Part shown: positions 1-9,076 of the stretch, one piece after another
Position numbering within the stretch: position 1 is the stretch's first letter
How the letters are laid out: each line of letters opens with the position of its first letter
Notes under the pieces: generated by a model
Told to the model about the DNA's origin: nothing
The model's input: only the letters and a program-made list of their open reading frames with translations
Databases searched by the model: none
Translations under genes and position numbers: made by a program
Origin: Methylophilaceae bacterium
Lineage (GTDB): Bacteria > Pseudomonadota > Gammaproteobacteria > Burkholderiales > Methylophilaceae
Direction: 5' to 3'
Length of the DNA stretch: 64,000 nt
Assembly: GCA_965656355.1 (NCBI GenBank)
Contig: CBFHKG010000003.1
Coordinates: 35,903-99,902, forward strand

Positions 1-1
1 T

Positions 2-301
2 GGAGCTGCAATAAAATTTGATGGCCAAGTGTCTATATTTGACTTTAGAACTAATAACTCTCCTTGTTATAATTGCCTCTTTCCAAGGAATGATGAAGAA
101 CAAAATTTAAAATGTTCTGATCATGGAGTCTTTTCACCATTAGTAGGTTTAGTGGGCTCAATTCAAGCAGGCGAAGTAATTAAAGTTTTGTTAAATATAG
201 GAACCACACTCCATGGGAAATTATTATTAATTAATCATAGAGATATTGATTTTAAGAGCCTTAAAATTCAGAAAGATAAATATTGTGAAATTTGTGCTTA
301 A
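2..301 (+). CDS. MoeB/ThiF-family adenylyltransferase, C-terminal fragment (5' end lies outside the window)
   Basis: The reading frame is open from base 2. It contains 'SPCYNCLFP' (CxxC), 'GVFSPLVGLVGSIQAGEVIKVL' and a terminal 'CEIC', all typical of the C-terminal half of MoeB/ThiF E1-like enzymes. Confidence 0.7.
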   Translation, partial: GAAIKFDGQVSIFDFRTNNSPCYNCLFPRNDEEQNLKCSDHGVFSPLVGLVGSIQAGEVIKVLLNIGTTLHGKLLLINHRDIDFKSLKIQKDKYCEICA

Positions 302-374
302 AAACTATTTAAAATAAAAAAGTTGATTCATCTCGCATGTTAATATTATCACTTAAAACTCCTAACTAAATTTA

Positions 375-3182
375 ATGAAAAAAGAATTAGCGAAAACCTT
401 TTCACCTGCTGATATTGAGGATAAATGGTATCAATATTGGGAATCTAATGGTTACTATAAGATGGGTGAGGATGAATCTAAATTGGATTCCTTTTCAATT
501 TTGTTACCCCCTCCAAATGTTACTGGAACACTTCATATGGGGCATGGCTTCAATCAAACGCTTATGGATATGCTCACTAGGTACCATAGAATGAAAGGTG
601 AAAATACTTTATGGCAGCCAGGTACAGATCATGCAGGTATTGCGACTCAAATTGTTGTTGAAAGGCAGTTAGATCAAAAAAATATTTCGAGGCATGAACT
701 AGGTAGAGAAAAGTTTATTGAAAAAGTCTGGGAGTGGAAAGAAGAGTCAGGTGGAAAGATTACGCAACAAATGCGCCGCCTAGGAACTTCACCAGATTGG
801 TCTAGAGAGAGATTCACAATGGATGCCGGCCTATCAAAAAGTGTGACGGAGGTTTTTGTCAAGCTATATCAAGATGGTTTAATTTATAGAGGTAAAAGAT
901 TAGTTAACTGGGATGTCACCCTGCAAACTGCTGTTTCTGATTTGGAAGTATTACAAGAAGAAGAAGATGGTTTTTTATGGCATATTAATTATCCTTTGAA
1001 GGATGAAAAAAATTACCTGACTATTGCGACAACTAGACCTGAGACAATGTTAGGGGACTCAGCTTTGATGGTGCATCCTGATGATGACCGATATAAAAAA
1101 TTAATTGGTAAGAAAGTACTCATTCCTCTTATTGATAGAGAAATTCCAGTTATTGCAGACGATTATGTTGATCCAACATTTGGTACAGGAATTGTAAAAG
1201 TTACCCCTGCTCATGACTTCAATGATTATGCTGTCGGTGCAAGACATGACCTGCCAATAATAAATATTTTAACTCTTGATGGGCACATCAATAAAAATGG
1301 AACAGATTTATATGAAGGCTTGGATAGGTTTGCTGCCAGAAAAAAAATTATAGAAGATTTAAAAGAAAAAAAATATCTAGATAAAACTAAGAAACATAAA
1401 TTGAAAGTACCTAGGGGAGATAGAACAAACTCAATTATAGAGCCAATGTTAACGGACCAATGGTACGTTTCAATGACAAAGTCAAATGGTTCAAATGGAA
1501 AGAGTATTGCTCAGGAAGCGCTTGATTTAGTAGAGCAAGGAGACATTAAATTTTATCCGAATAATTGGGTGAATACATATAACCAATGGCTAGAAAATAT
1601 TCAAGACTGGTGTATATCAAGGCAACTTTGGTGGGGGCACCAAATACCTGCTTGGTATGGAGAAAATCAAGAGGTTTTTGTCGCACATTCATTTGATGAA
1701 GCGGCTGCGTTAGCCAAAAAAGAAGGCTATACAGGAACTTTGAAAAGAGACGATGACGTTTTAGATACATGGTTTTCATCTGCACTTTGGGCATTCACAA
1801 CACTTGATTGGACACCTGAATACCCACAAAAATCTAATTTAGCATTAGATAAGTATTTACCTTCATCTGTCCTTGTTACTGGCTTTGATATTATTTTTTT
1901 CTGGGTAGCCAGAATGGTAATGATGACAAAATATGTCACAAATAAGATTCCATTTAAACACGTCTATGTTCATGGTTTGATTAGAGATCAAGATGGCCAA
2001 AAAATGAGTAAATCAAAAGGTAATGTTCTTGATCCTATTGATTTAATAGATGGCATTTCACTTGAAGATTTATTAAAAAAAAGAACCCAAGGTTTAATGA
2101 ACCCAAAACAAGCTGAATCAATTGTTAAAAAAACAACAAAAGAATTTCCCAAGGGCATTTCATCATTTGGAACAGACGCTTTAAGGTTTACTTTTGCGAG
2201 CCTAGCGAGTCCAGGCAGAGATATTAAATTTGATTTACAAAGATGTGATGGCTATCGTAATTTTTGTAACAAGTTATGGAATGCGTCAAGATTTGTATTG
2301 ATGAATTGTGACGAGGAAGATAACGGTTATGGAAAATGTATAGATGGTTATTTAAGTTTTTCTCAGGCAGATAGATGGATAGTTAGTAAACTACAACACA
2401 CACTTAAAAATATAGAGCGGGCATATAGCGACTATAGATTTGATTTAGTAGCTCAAGAGCTCTATCAATTTATTTGGGACGAATTTTGTGATTGGTATTT
2501 AGAATTTGCGAAAGTCCAAATTCAGCAGGGCAATGAGTCTGAAAAAAGAGCAACTAGAAGAACATTACTATCTACATTAGAATCTATCTTGAGATTGGCC
2601 CATCCAGTCATACCGTTTATCACTGAAGAAATATGGCAGATAATTATTCCATTAATAAGAAAAGATCATGAGTCTATTACACTTGAAAAATTTCCAAAAT
2701 CAAGAGAAGAGAAAATTGATGAGCACTCAATTGAATGGGTAAGCACGCTTAAAAAATTAATAGATAATGTTAGAAGTCTCAGGAGCGAGATGAATATTTC
2801 ACCGGCGAATAAAATTCCATTAGCGTTATCAGGAAATAAAAAAGAGCTTGAGGAATACTTGCCATATCTCAACAGTTTGGCAAAACTATCTGATGCAAAA
2901 ATTACTGCAGATCTTCCAGAAAAGGAAGCACCTGTGGCGATTATTGGTAATTATAAGGTCATGCTGAATATAGAAATTGATAAGGAAGCAGAAGCAATAA
3001 GATTAAAAAAAGAAATTGAGAAAGCAGAAATAGACTTAAATAAAGCGGGCATAAAACTTAATAATAAAAACTTTGTAAGCAAAGCCCCTAAAGAAATTAT
3101 TAAGCAAGAAGAAGAAAGGCTCAATAAATTTACTGAGCATAAAGACAAGTTAGTACAGCAGCTAAAAAAATTACAAAGCTAA
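375..3182 (+). CDS. valS: Valine--tRNA ligase
   Basis: 935 aa. HIGH motif 'TGTLHMGHG', KMSKS motif 'KMSKSKGN', and the C-terminal coiled coil typical of ValRS. Confidence 0.97.
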   Translation: MKKELAKTFSPADIEDKWYQYWESNGYYKMGEDESKLDSFSILLPPPNVTGTLHMGHGFNQTLMDMLTRYHRMKGENTLWQPGTDHAGIATQIVVERQLDQKNISRHELGREKFIEKVWEWKEESGGKITQQMRRLGTSPDWSRERFTMDAGLSKSVTEVFVKLYQDGLIYRGKRLVNWDVTLQTAVSDLEVLQEEEDGFLWHINYPLKDEKNYLTIATTRPETMLGDSALMVHPDDDRYKKLIGKKVLIPLIDREIPVIADDYVDPTFGTGIVKVTPAHDFNDYAVGARHDLPIINILTLDGHINKNGTDLYEGLDRFAARKKIIEDLKEKKYLDKTKKHKLKVPRGDRTNSIIEPMLTDQWYVSMTKSNGSNGKSIAQEALDLVEQGDIKFYPNNWVNTYNQWLENIQDWCISRQLWWGHQIPAWYGENQEVFVAHSFDEAAALAKKEGYTGTLKRDDDVLDTWFSSALWAFTTLDWTPEYPQKSNLALDKYLPSSVLVTGFDIIFFWVARMVMMTKYVTNKIPFKHVYVHGLIRDQDGQKMSKSKGNVLDPIDLIDGISLEDLLKKRTQGLMNPKQAESIVKKTTKEFPKGISSFGTDALRFTFASLASPGRDIKFDLQRCDGYRNFCNKLWNASRFVLMNCDEEDNGYGKCIDGYLSFSQADRWIVSKLQHTLKNIERAYSDYRFDLVAQELYQFIWDEFCDWYLEFAKVQIQQGNESEKRATRRTLLSTLESILRLAHPVIPFITEEIWQIIIPLIRKDHESITLEKFPKSREEKIDEHSIEWVSTLKKLIDNVRSLRSEMNISPANKIPLALSGNKKELEEYLPYLNSLAKLSDAKITADLPEKEAPVAIIGNYKVMLNIEIDKEAEAIRLKKEIEKAEIDLNKAGIKLNNKNFVSKAPKEIIKQEEERLNKFTEHKDKLVQQLKKLQS

Positions 3183-3404
3183 TTTTTTGATATAAAAAAT
3201 AGTTACTTCATTTTCTTTAAAATGCTCAACAAGTTGATGTCCTGTTTTCTCACAAAAAGATTTGAAATCCTTAAGGGCACTTTTATCCGTGGTTTTAATT
3301 TTTAATGTTTGATTATCCGATATGCTATTTAGTCCCCTCTTACAATATAAAATTGGGAGAGGACATTTAAGACCAATAGCATCGACTTCTAAGTCAAATT
3401 TCAT
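3171..3404 (-). CDS. TusA/SirA-family sulfur-carrier protein
   Basis: 77 aa with an N-terminal 'GLKCPLPIL' (CPxP active-site Cys motif). Its start overlaps the stop of the upstream ferritin-like gene (ATGA). Confidence 0.75.
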   Translation of the reverse strand: MKFDLEVDAIGLKCPLPILYCKRGLNSISDNQTLKIKTTDKSALKDFKSFCEKTGHQLVEHFKENEVTIFYIKKLAL

Positions 3405-3847
3405 TTGTTAAAGGGTTCAACATCACCAGGATTTCTCAACATTTTGTCTACTTCACCTAAATGCATTTCTTCAGTATGTATCATCGTTCTTGCATACTCT
3501 TCTAGCATTACTGAGTCACCTTCGACCAGCTTAAGAAGATCTTTGTAGCAATTTAGAGAAGCAAGCTCATGATCAAGAGACTCTCTTAAAATATTACCAA
3601 TATCATGATTGTGAGATTCCAATAAAGGACCAATACCAAGTGAGGGATGGCCACCAAGTGTTGTGATTAGCTCTCCAGCTTGATTTGCATGATCTAGAGA
3701 TTCAGTCGCTTGCCCTCTAAGCCATCCAATAATTGGAATCCTACTATATCCGCATACCATTAATGCATAGTGAGTATAACGAACAACCCCTGCTAGTTCC
3801 ATTTCAAGAATCTGATTTAATGATTTAATTATTTTTTCTTTATCCAT
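3401..3847 (-). CDS. Ferritin-like protein (Dps/bacterioferritin superfamily)
   Basis: 148 aa with four-helix-bundle-type motifs: 'LNQILEMELAGVVRYTHYA', 'ESLDHANQAGELITTLGGHP' and 'HTEEMHLGEVDKML' (ExxH). The N-terminal metal motif is not a canonical Bfr ExxH, so the subfamily is left open. Confidence 0.7.
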   Translation of the reverse strand: MDKEKIIKSLNQILEMELAGVVRYTHYALMVCGYSRIPIIGWLRGQATESLDHANQAGELITTLGGHPSLGIGPLLESHNHDIGNILRESLDHELASLNCYKDLLKLVEGDSVMLEEYARTMIHTEEMHLGEVDKMLRNPGDVEPFNK

Positions 3848-3940
3848 AATATATTTCCTTAACTTAAATTTACACTTGAATTAAAACATAATTTAAAAAC
3901 TATCTTGTTAATACGAATTACTATTATTTGTATTTATATT

Positions 3941-4342
3941 TTAAAGAATGATGCGAATGACAACGGTAATAATATTAAGGATCGCCATTACAATGATGCT
4001 CCAAAAGGTTATTTTCATCCCTAATACACGATGAGATGCATTTATTTCATCTTTCAAAAAAGAGGTTGCATGGAGATATCTGCCAATTAGAAAGAAAAAG
4101 CCACATATGAAAACAATAATTTTAGGAATGTGATTTATTTCTAAACAAGCTAATAAAATTAAACCAATTGGAAGGAATTCACTTAAGTTCCCATGAGCGC
4201 GTATTGCTTGCTCAAGATCCTTATGTTTTTTTGATGATCCTAAGGAAATTTTATACTTACGTCTTAACTTGATTACATTAATTGATAGCTTATAAAATAT
4301 TAGAGCAAGTATTGAAGAAAAAAAAGCAGTTATTAGTAACAT
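3941..4342 (-). CDS. MAPEG-family membrane protein (YecN-like)
   Basis: 133 aa with about 4 hydrophobic segments. 'RRKYKISLG...EQAIRAHGNLSEFLPIGLILL' and 'GRYLHA' resemble MAPEG family signatures. Confidence 0.65.
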   Translation of the reverse strand: MLLITAFFSSILALIFYKLSINVIKLRRKYKISLGSSKKHKDLEQAIRAHGNLSEFLPIGLILLACLEINHIPKIIVFICGFFFLIGRYLHATSFLKDEINASHRVLGMKITFWSIIVMAILNIITVVIRIIL

Positions 4343-4469
4343 AGTTTATTCCCTAAAATGAATTACATGAATCATTGAACATATAATAAATTATATTGTC
4401 TACCAAACATAAATTTAAGTAAAATATAAAGTCTGCAGCAAATTCATAAAAATATTATAGGATTGTTAC

Positions 4470-4673
4470 TTGAAAAAATTGATTGGTAAATTAGCATTGG
4501 CAATCTCATTTATAACCATTGTTTGGCTTGTGTTAGGAATGCTAATGCTCAGTATCTATGATATTGATCTATTAGTGTTTAAAATTCCTGGCACGACAGA
4601 AATTAGGTCACATGCCACATTAGCTGTTATATTTTTATTAATTGCTTCATGGGCTTTTTGGAAAGAAGAATAA
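4470..4673 (+). CDS. Small membrane protein (2 predicted TM), unknown function
   Basis: 67 aa with a TTG start. An AGGA lies 8 nt upstream. Two long hydrophobic segments. First of three tandem small ORFs. Confidence 0.45.
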   Translation: MKKLIGKLALAISFITIVWLVLGMLMLSIYDIDLLVFKIPGTTEIRSHATLAVIFLLIASWAFWKEE

Positions 4674-4701
4674 TCTTAATTTATTTAAAGGATAAATAAA
4701 T

Positions 4702-4866
4702 ATGAAAACATCAGATCTATGTATTTTAGTATCAGTCGGCGTTGCTTTTATTACAACAGCTTATCTTTGGTTTAATGGTCAGAAAGAAGAAGGGTTGTTT
4801 ACCGCAACTTGGATTCCATCAATTTTGACATTTGCCATCTATTTCAAACTTATCACTAGGAAATAA
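4702..4866 (+). CDS. Small membrane protein (54 aa, 2 predicted TM), not in the supplied ORF track
   Basis: Hand-translated as MKTSDLCILVSVGVAFITTAYLWFNGQKEEGLFTATWIPSILTFAIYFKLITRK. ATG start preceded by 'AAAGGA', about 10 nt upstream. Confidence 0.4.
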   Translation: MKTSDLCILVSVGVAFITTAYLWFNGQKEEGLFTATWIPSILTFAIYFKLITRK

Positions 4867-4868
4867 AA

Positions 4869-4982
4869 ATGGAAGATCCATTAATATTTTTTGTTGGACT
4901 TTTTTGCTTTGTTTTAGCAATTGTAGGTGTCGTAATGACCTATCTAGAATTTAAAAGCATTGAGCTTAAATCTAAAAAATAG
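4869..4982 (+). CDS. Small membrane protein (37 aa, 1 predicted TM), not in the supplied ORF track
   Basis: Hand-translated as MEDPLIFFVGLFCFVLAIVGVVMTYLEFKSIELKSKK. The ATG lies 2 nt after the previous stop. The 'AGGAAA' inside the end of the previous ORF is placed as a ribosome-binding site. Confidence 0.35.
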   Translation: MEDPLIFFVGLFCFVLAIVGVVMTYLEFKSIELKSKK

Positions 4983-5010
4983 AATTAATTAATAATTTTA
5001 TATAAAGAGT

Positions 5011-5086
5011 TGGTGGCCAGAGACAGAATCGAACTGTCGACACGAGGATTTTCAATCCACTGCTCTACCGACTGAGCTATCTGGCC
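5011..5086 (-). tRNA. tRNA-Phe (anticodon GAA), CCA encoded
   Basis: The reverse complement GGCCAGATAGCTCAGTCGGTAGAGCAGTGGATTGAAAATCCTCGTGTCGACAGTTCGATTCTGTCTCTGGCCACCA folds as a cloverleaf. It has a 7-bp acceptor stem, GCTC/GAGC D stem, GAA anticodon and GACAG/CTGTC T stem with a TTCGATT loop. There is one U-U mismatch in the anticodon stem. Confidence 0.95.
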
Positions 5087-5146
5087 TTTTAATTTAAAAA
5101 AACACGCTGAATTATAACAAAAATAATCGAGGCTCAACGAAATAAA

Positions 5147-5716
5147 TCATTCATAACTCTGAGTATTAATCCTTGTCATTAGGCTTTGAGAAAATTTTAT
5201 AGATACAAACAAAATTGCCATATAAATTATGTTTACAATAAAAAACTCTTGGTAATAACTGGCCAGAAAACTAGAAACACCTTCTTGAGATTCTAATCCA
5301 GAAAAATAATAAAAAGTTAACGTTGATATTAAATAAGATGACGTGATAAAAAATGTCCCTATGTATAAGTAATTGGCTATTGAAAAAATTGACGATTGAC
5401 CTAAGTAACGCCCTAAGAACCAAGATGTGAAATAAGATATCATTAGCCCAACATATCCTAAATTAAATATATATGAATTCTCAAACCCATATGGTGGAGA
5501 TAAAAAATCAATCCCAATGGATAATATAAGAAAGTAAGAAAGCCATTTGTATTCTTTTAGAAGAATGCCGCCAGCAAATAATAAAACAAATGTTGCATCT
5601 GGCAAATTAAAGGAAGTAAGGAGGTGTGAGCCTCTTGTTAGGAAAATAAAAAAAGTAAGTAAACTGATTATAAAAACTTTTTTTAAATTTTCTGGTAGAT
5701 GATTAATTTTTTTCAT
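5147..5716 (-). CDS. Uncharacterised integral membrane protein (about 6 TM) directly downstream of btuB
   Basis: 189 aa with about six hydrophobic segments, no cysteine, and no motif I recognise. It starts 20 nt after the btuB stop on the same strand, so it probably belongs to the B12-riboswitch transcription unit. Confidence 0.7.
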   Translation of the reverse strand: MKKINHLPENLKKVFIISLLTFFIFLTRGSHLLTSFNLPDATFVLLFAGGILLKEYKWLSYFLILSIGIDFLSPPYGFENSYIFNLGYVGLMISYFTSWFLGRYLGQSSIFSIANYLYIGTFFITSSYLISTLTFYYFSGLESQEGVSSFLASYYQEFFIVNIIYMAILFVSIKFSQSLMTRINTQSYE

Positions 5717-5736
5717 ATTTTTAGAGTAGTTTAATT

Positions 5737-7650
5737 TTAGAAATTATAGCGCAAGTTTGTATAAAGGCCACGCCCTGGTGTTTGATAAACATATGAATTA
5801 CCTCCTTCTTGGCTCCCTTCATAAGCAAGAGCATAGTCTTTATTAAGCGCATTATCTAATCTTACGTTAATTGAGAATTTTTCGTTAAATGCATAATTTG
5901 TTACTAGATTTGTAATTATGTAGCCTTCAATTTTGTTTACACTCTTATTTGCGGCGTCATTGTAACGGCTCCCTGACCCGACGTTCTCAATCCCAAATAT
6001 CCAATCATCCAAATAGTAGTTAAAATTAACACTACCATATAAATTTGCTGATCGAGGGAGGTAATTATCCGACACTTTATTTTTTGCAGACTCAGTTGTG
6101 ATACTTCCCTTAATTTGTAAGTTGTCAAAAAAATGATCGGTAGCTAAAGTCAGACCTTGAATTTTTGCTTCATCAATATTGCGTGTATTCTCTCTATTTT
6201 CCCAACTAATATAGTCATAAATAATATAATCTTCTATAGTATTTTGGTATGCAGTTAAAGATATTGAAGAAGAGTTATTCTCATATTTTAAACTTGCCTC
6301 AATATTTTTCGACTTTTCTGGTTTTAAGTCAGGGTTACCTAATGCGGCTTTATCAAATGTTTGATAGAGATAGTTGAAGGATGGTGCTACAAATGCTGTT
6401 CCATATGAAGAGCTAATTTGCCATTGAGGATTGATTTGATAAGCATATCCAATTGATCCTGTTGTTTGATTACTATATTGGCTATTTAGATCTTCTCTAA
6501 GACTTGTTTGAAATGTATGTTTTTCATATTGTAAATTGTATCCAATAACAAACCCATTATTTGTTCGCTGATCTTTATCATATATGTCTGTCGTTTCTAT
6601 CTCTTCTTTTAAAAATTCATACAGTAACACGATTGATCCATAATCCAGCTCAACGTTGTTTTGCCATGCAAGCTGATATTCTGTAGTTTTATAAAGATCT
6701 ACTTCATCATCAATCCAAAGATAATTAATATTATCCCATTTCTCTTGCGCAGAATATAAATCAGTACTTTTACCAATTTTTAGAGATGATTCCCAGCGAT
6801 TGTTTATTTTCCCAGTTACCTTAGCTCCATAAGCCTCTTGTTTAGTTTTATCATCATAATTTACAAAAGTAGGGTCAGAGTCAGCATAACGCTGATCATA
6901 CATATTTCTACCGGTAGTTAAAAAATACTGCAAATCAATTTTTATTTGCTCATTAAATTGATGTGATAGATTTGATGAAATACTTCTATTCTTATAGTGA
7001 TCCTTATCTATATTTCTTGTATTTGAGGCATTAGACTCATCTGGAACAAATGCTGAAAAAGCATCAGTATTTAAGCCAGCTAGATTAATAGCAAATCTAG
7101 TTGAATCATTACCAGCAGAAACACCAGCAGCCATTTCTTTTGTTTTATATCGCCCGTAACCTGCGGAGATATATGGATGAAAACCTTTTTTACCTTTTTT
7201 AGTAAAAATTTGTATCACACCTCCAATAGCATCCTGTCCATAAAGACTTGAAGCTGGGCCTCTCACAATTTCTATCTTTTCGATTTGGGAGAGTGGCATA
7301 TCTTGAATTGGCGCTAGGCCTGATGTTGCAGAACCAATTCTTAATCCATCAAGCAATATTAGTGTATGTGTTGATTTTGTACCTCGAATACTTACGGTTG
7401 ATAATTTACCTGGCCCCCCTGAGTTGGTGATTTCTATGCCTGGTTGTTGTTGCAGTAGTTGCGGCAGCGTTGATAATCCTGCTCTTTCAATTTCATCTGA
7501 GGTAATAACGGTTGTATCAGCAATAACATTTTCTTCTTTTTCTGGAACTCTTAAAGGTGTAGTGACTTCAATTTCTTCGAGTGCAAGATCTGCGATGGCT
7601 ATTTGTGGTAAGACTAACAATAATGGTAATACTATTTTAAATTTGGACAA
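5737..7650 (-). CDS. btuB: TonB-dependent outer-membrane receptor, probable vitamin B12 transporter
   Basis: 637 aa with a TTG start preceded by GGGAGAG. It has a signal peptide, a TonB-box-like 'EIEVTT', the plug motif 'IEIVRGPASSLYGQDAIGGVIQIFTKKG' and a terminal 'LRYNF'. A cobalamin riboswitch lies immediately upstream. Confidence 0.85.
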   Translation of the reverse strand: MSKFKIVLPLLLVLPQIAIADLALEEIEVTTPLRVPEKEENVIADTTVITSDEIERAGLSTLPQLLQQQPGIEITNSGGPGKLSTVSIRGTKSTHTLILLDGLRIGSATSGLAPIQDMPLSQIEKIEIVRGPASSLYGQDAIGGVIQIFTKKGKKGFHPYISAGYGRYKTKEMAAGVSAGNDSTRFAINLAGLNTDAFSAFVPDESNASNTRNIDKDHYKNRSISSNLSHQFNEQIKIDLQYFLTTGRNMYDQRYADSDPTFVNYDDKTKQEAYGAKVTGKINNRWESSLKIGKSTDLYSAQEKWDNINYLWIDDEVDLYKTTEYQLAWQNNVELDYGSIVLLYEFLKEEIETTDIYDKDQRTNNGFVIGYNLQYEKHTFQTSLREDLNSQYSNQTTGSIGYAYQINPQWQISSSYGTAFVAPSFNYLYQTFDKAALGNPDLKPEKSKNIEASLKYENNSSSISLTAYQNTIEDYIIYDYISWENRENTRNIDEAKIQGLTLATDHFFDNLQIKGSITTESAKNKVSDNYLPRSANLYGSVNFNYYLDDWIFGIENVGSGSRYNDAANKSVNKIEGYIITNLVTNYAFNEKFSINVRLDNALNKDYALAYEGSQEGGNSYVYQTPGRGLYTNLRYNF

Positions 7651-7742
7651 CTTTTCTCTCCCTAATTTATCCTTCCCCGGATAAATACATTTATAAATAT
7701 GAATGTATGAAGAGAGTGTTTACAAAATTGTAAAAATTTTTT

Positions 7743-7804
7743 AAGAAAAAAGTCTTATCAACAAATATTGCCTCCCCGCAATACTTTCAAGCTAGTTTGA
7801 TAAG
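7743..7804 (-). terminator. Possible riboswitch expression platform (terminator-like hairpin plus U-tract)
   Basis: On the minus-strand RNA, the outer stem CUUAUCAA/UUGAUAAG (7797-7804 / 7754-7761) encloses the inner stem UAUUGC/GCAAUA (7778-7783 / 7766-7771). This is followed by 'AC UUUUUU'. The internal loop is asymmetric, so the fold is uncertain. Confidence 0.3.
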
Positions 7805-7805
7805 G

Positions 7806-7935
7806 CCGGTCTCCAGACTCATAAGACTAAATATAAAACCTTCCCAGGTATGAACCCAGTGGTTGAATTGAATATCCATCCTTAATTACTGTTGCGGGGG
7901 CAGTGCAAGTATTTCACTTGTCTTCCCGTTTAAAT
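7806..7935 (-). promoter_or_regulatory. Cobalamin (B12) riboswitch aptamer
   Basis: The minus-strand RNA contains 'AACGGGAAG..GUGAAAUAC..CUGCCCCCGCAACAGUAA', the B12-box-like 'CCACUGGG...CCUGGGAAGG', and 'GAGUCUGGAGACCGGCC'. These occur in the canonical order, upstream of a TonB-dependent receptor. Confidence 0.85.
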
Positions 7936-7959
7936 AACTAATAAAGAAAAATTAGTTAT
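7934..7959. other. Perfect 9-bp inverted repeat ATAACTAAT-N8-ATTAGTTAT in the btuB/yggX divergent region
   Basis: Read directly: 7934-7942 is the reverse complement of 7951-7959. It abuts the 5' edge of the riboswitch. Confidence 0.3.
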
Positions 7960-8037
7960 CACCTCAATCAAATTTTATATTACCATAACTTTTAAAGTTA
8001 ATAATTAATAAACAAATTTGTTAAAGGATTTTTAGGA

Positions 8038-8307
8038 ATGGCAAGAAAAGTAAATTGTGTAAAGCTTAATAAGGAAGCCGAAGGATTAGATTTTCCTCCC
8101 TACCCAGGTGCTTTGGGAAATAAAATTTTTGAAACTGTATCCAAAGAAGCATGGGCAGGTTGGTTAAAACACCAAACCATGCTTGTCAATGAAAATAGAC
8201 TGAGCTTAGTGGATCCTCAAGCAAGAAAGTATTTAACAGAACAAACCGAGGCATATTTTTTTGGCGATGGTGCTGATGAAGCTTCTGGGTACGTACCTAC
8301 AAAGTAG
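8038..8307 (+). CDS. yggX: Fe(2+)-trafficking protein YggX
   Basis: 89 aa. '[53 protein letters not shown]' closely matches the YggX family. Confidence 0.9.
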   Translation: MARKVNCVKLNKEAEGLDFPPYPGALGNKIFETVSKEAWAGWLKHQTMLVNENRLSLVDPQARKYLTEQTEAYFFGDGADEASGYVPTK

Positions 8308-8312
8308 GTTAT

Positions 8313-9017
8313 TTAAGAATTTAGTGTTTTAATGATTTTTTCAATGGGTTCGTGTCGAACATCCTCGCCACTTACTGTATAAATAACACCCTCTGAAATA
8401 TTTTTTGCGTGATCGCCTATTCTCTCAAGGGATTTAGTCACAAATATCATTTCCAAAGACATTGAAATGGTTCTGGGATCTTCGAGCATGAAAGTCACCA
8501 GTTGTCGCATAAAAGATCGATAGTCATCATCGACTTCTTCATCTTTCTTTAAGACATTGATAGTATCTTCTGTATCAAGTCTTGCAAACGCATTTAAAGA
8601 TGATTTGAGCATGCTTTGAACATTAGTGGCGATACTTTTAATTTCTTTAAATCTAGGTTTACTCATTCGGTCGCTTTCAAAAATCCTAATAGTCGCCTTA
8701 GCAATTTTTGCTGCCTCATCTCCGATTCTCTCTAAGTCAGTAATAATTCTGAACATCATTAATACATTTCTTAAATCACCTGCCGTGGGAGATCGTTTAG
8801 CAATAATCAATGAAATATCTTCATTAATGACAGATTCAAGTGAGTTGACTTCAGTATCACGAGCGATGACTTCCCCAGCTAATTTCGTATCAGACTCAAC
8901 CATTGAAAGAACACTATTACTTATTTGTTCTTCAACAATAGTGCCCATCTCGAGAACCTTTGTTCTAATGTCTCCGAGATCTGAGTCAAACTGTTTATAT
9001 ATGTGTTCTGAAGCCAT
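8313..9017 (-). CDS. phoU: Phosphate signalling complex protein PhoU
   Basis: 234 aa with the duplicated PhoU repeat, 'LERIGDEAAKIA' and 'LERIGDHAKNI'. Confidence 0.9.
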   Translation of the reverse strand: MASEHIYKQFDSDLGDIRTKVLEMGTIVEEQISNSVLSMVESDTKLAGEVIARDTEVNSLESVINEDISLIIAKRSPTAGDLRNVLMMFRIITDLERIGDEAAKIAKATIRIFESDRMSKPRFKEIKSIATNVQSMLKSSLNAFARLDTEDTINVLKKDEEVDDDYRSFMRQLVTFMLEDPRTISMSLEMIFVTKSLERIGDHAKNISEGVIYTVSGEDVRHEPIEKIIKTLNS

Positions 9018-9076
9018 AATATTTTTCCAAAAACCTAAATTTTAATAACATTTTATGACAATAATATGAATATTGC

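Noticed and set aside
3910-3928. Fur-box-like sequence AATACGAATTACTATTATT upstream of the ferritin-like gene.
   Set aside because: Only about 12 of 19 positions match the GATAATGATAATCATTATC consensus in my hand alignment. In DNA this AT-rich, that is not distinguishable from chance.
4343-5146. tRNA-Phe considered as a genomic-island integration site.
   Set aside because: There is no integrase, no direct repeat of the tRNA 3' end, and no phage or plasmid genes. Only three tiny membrane ORFs and the B12 operon flank it.
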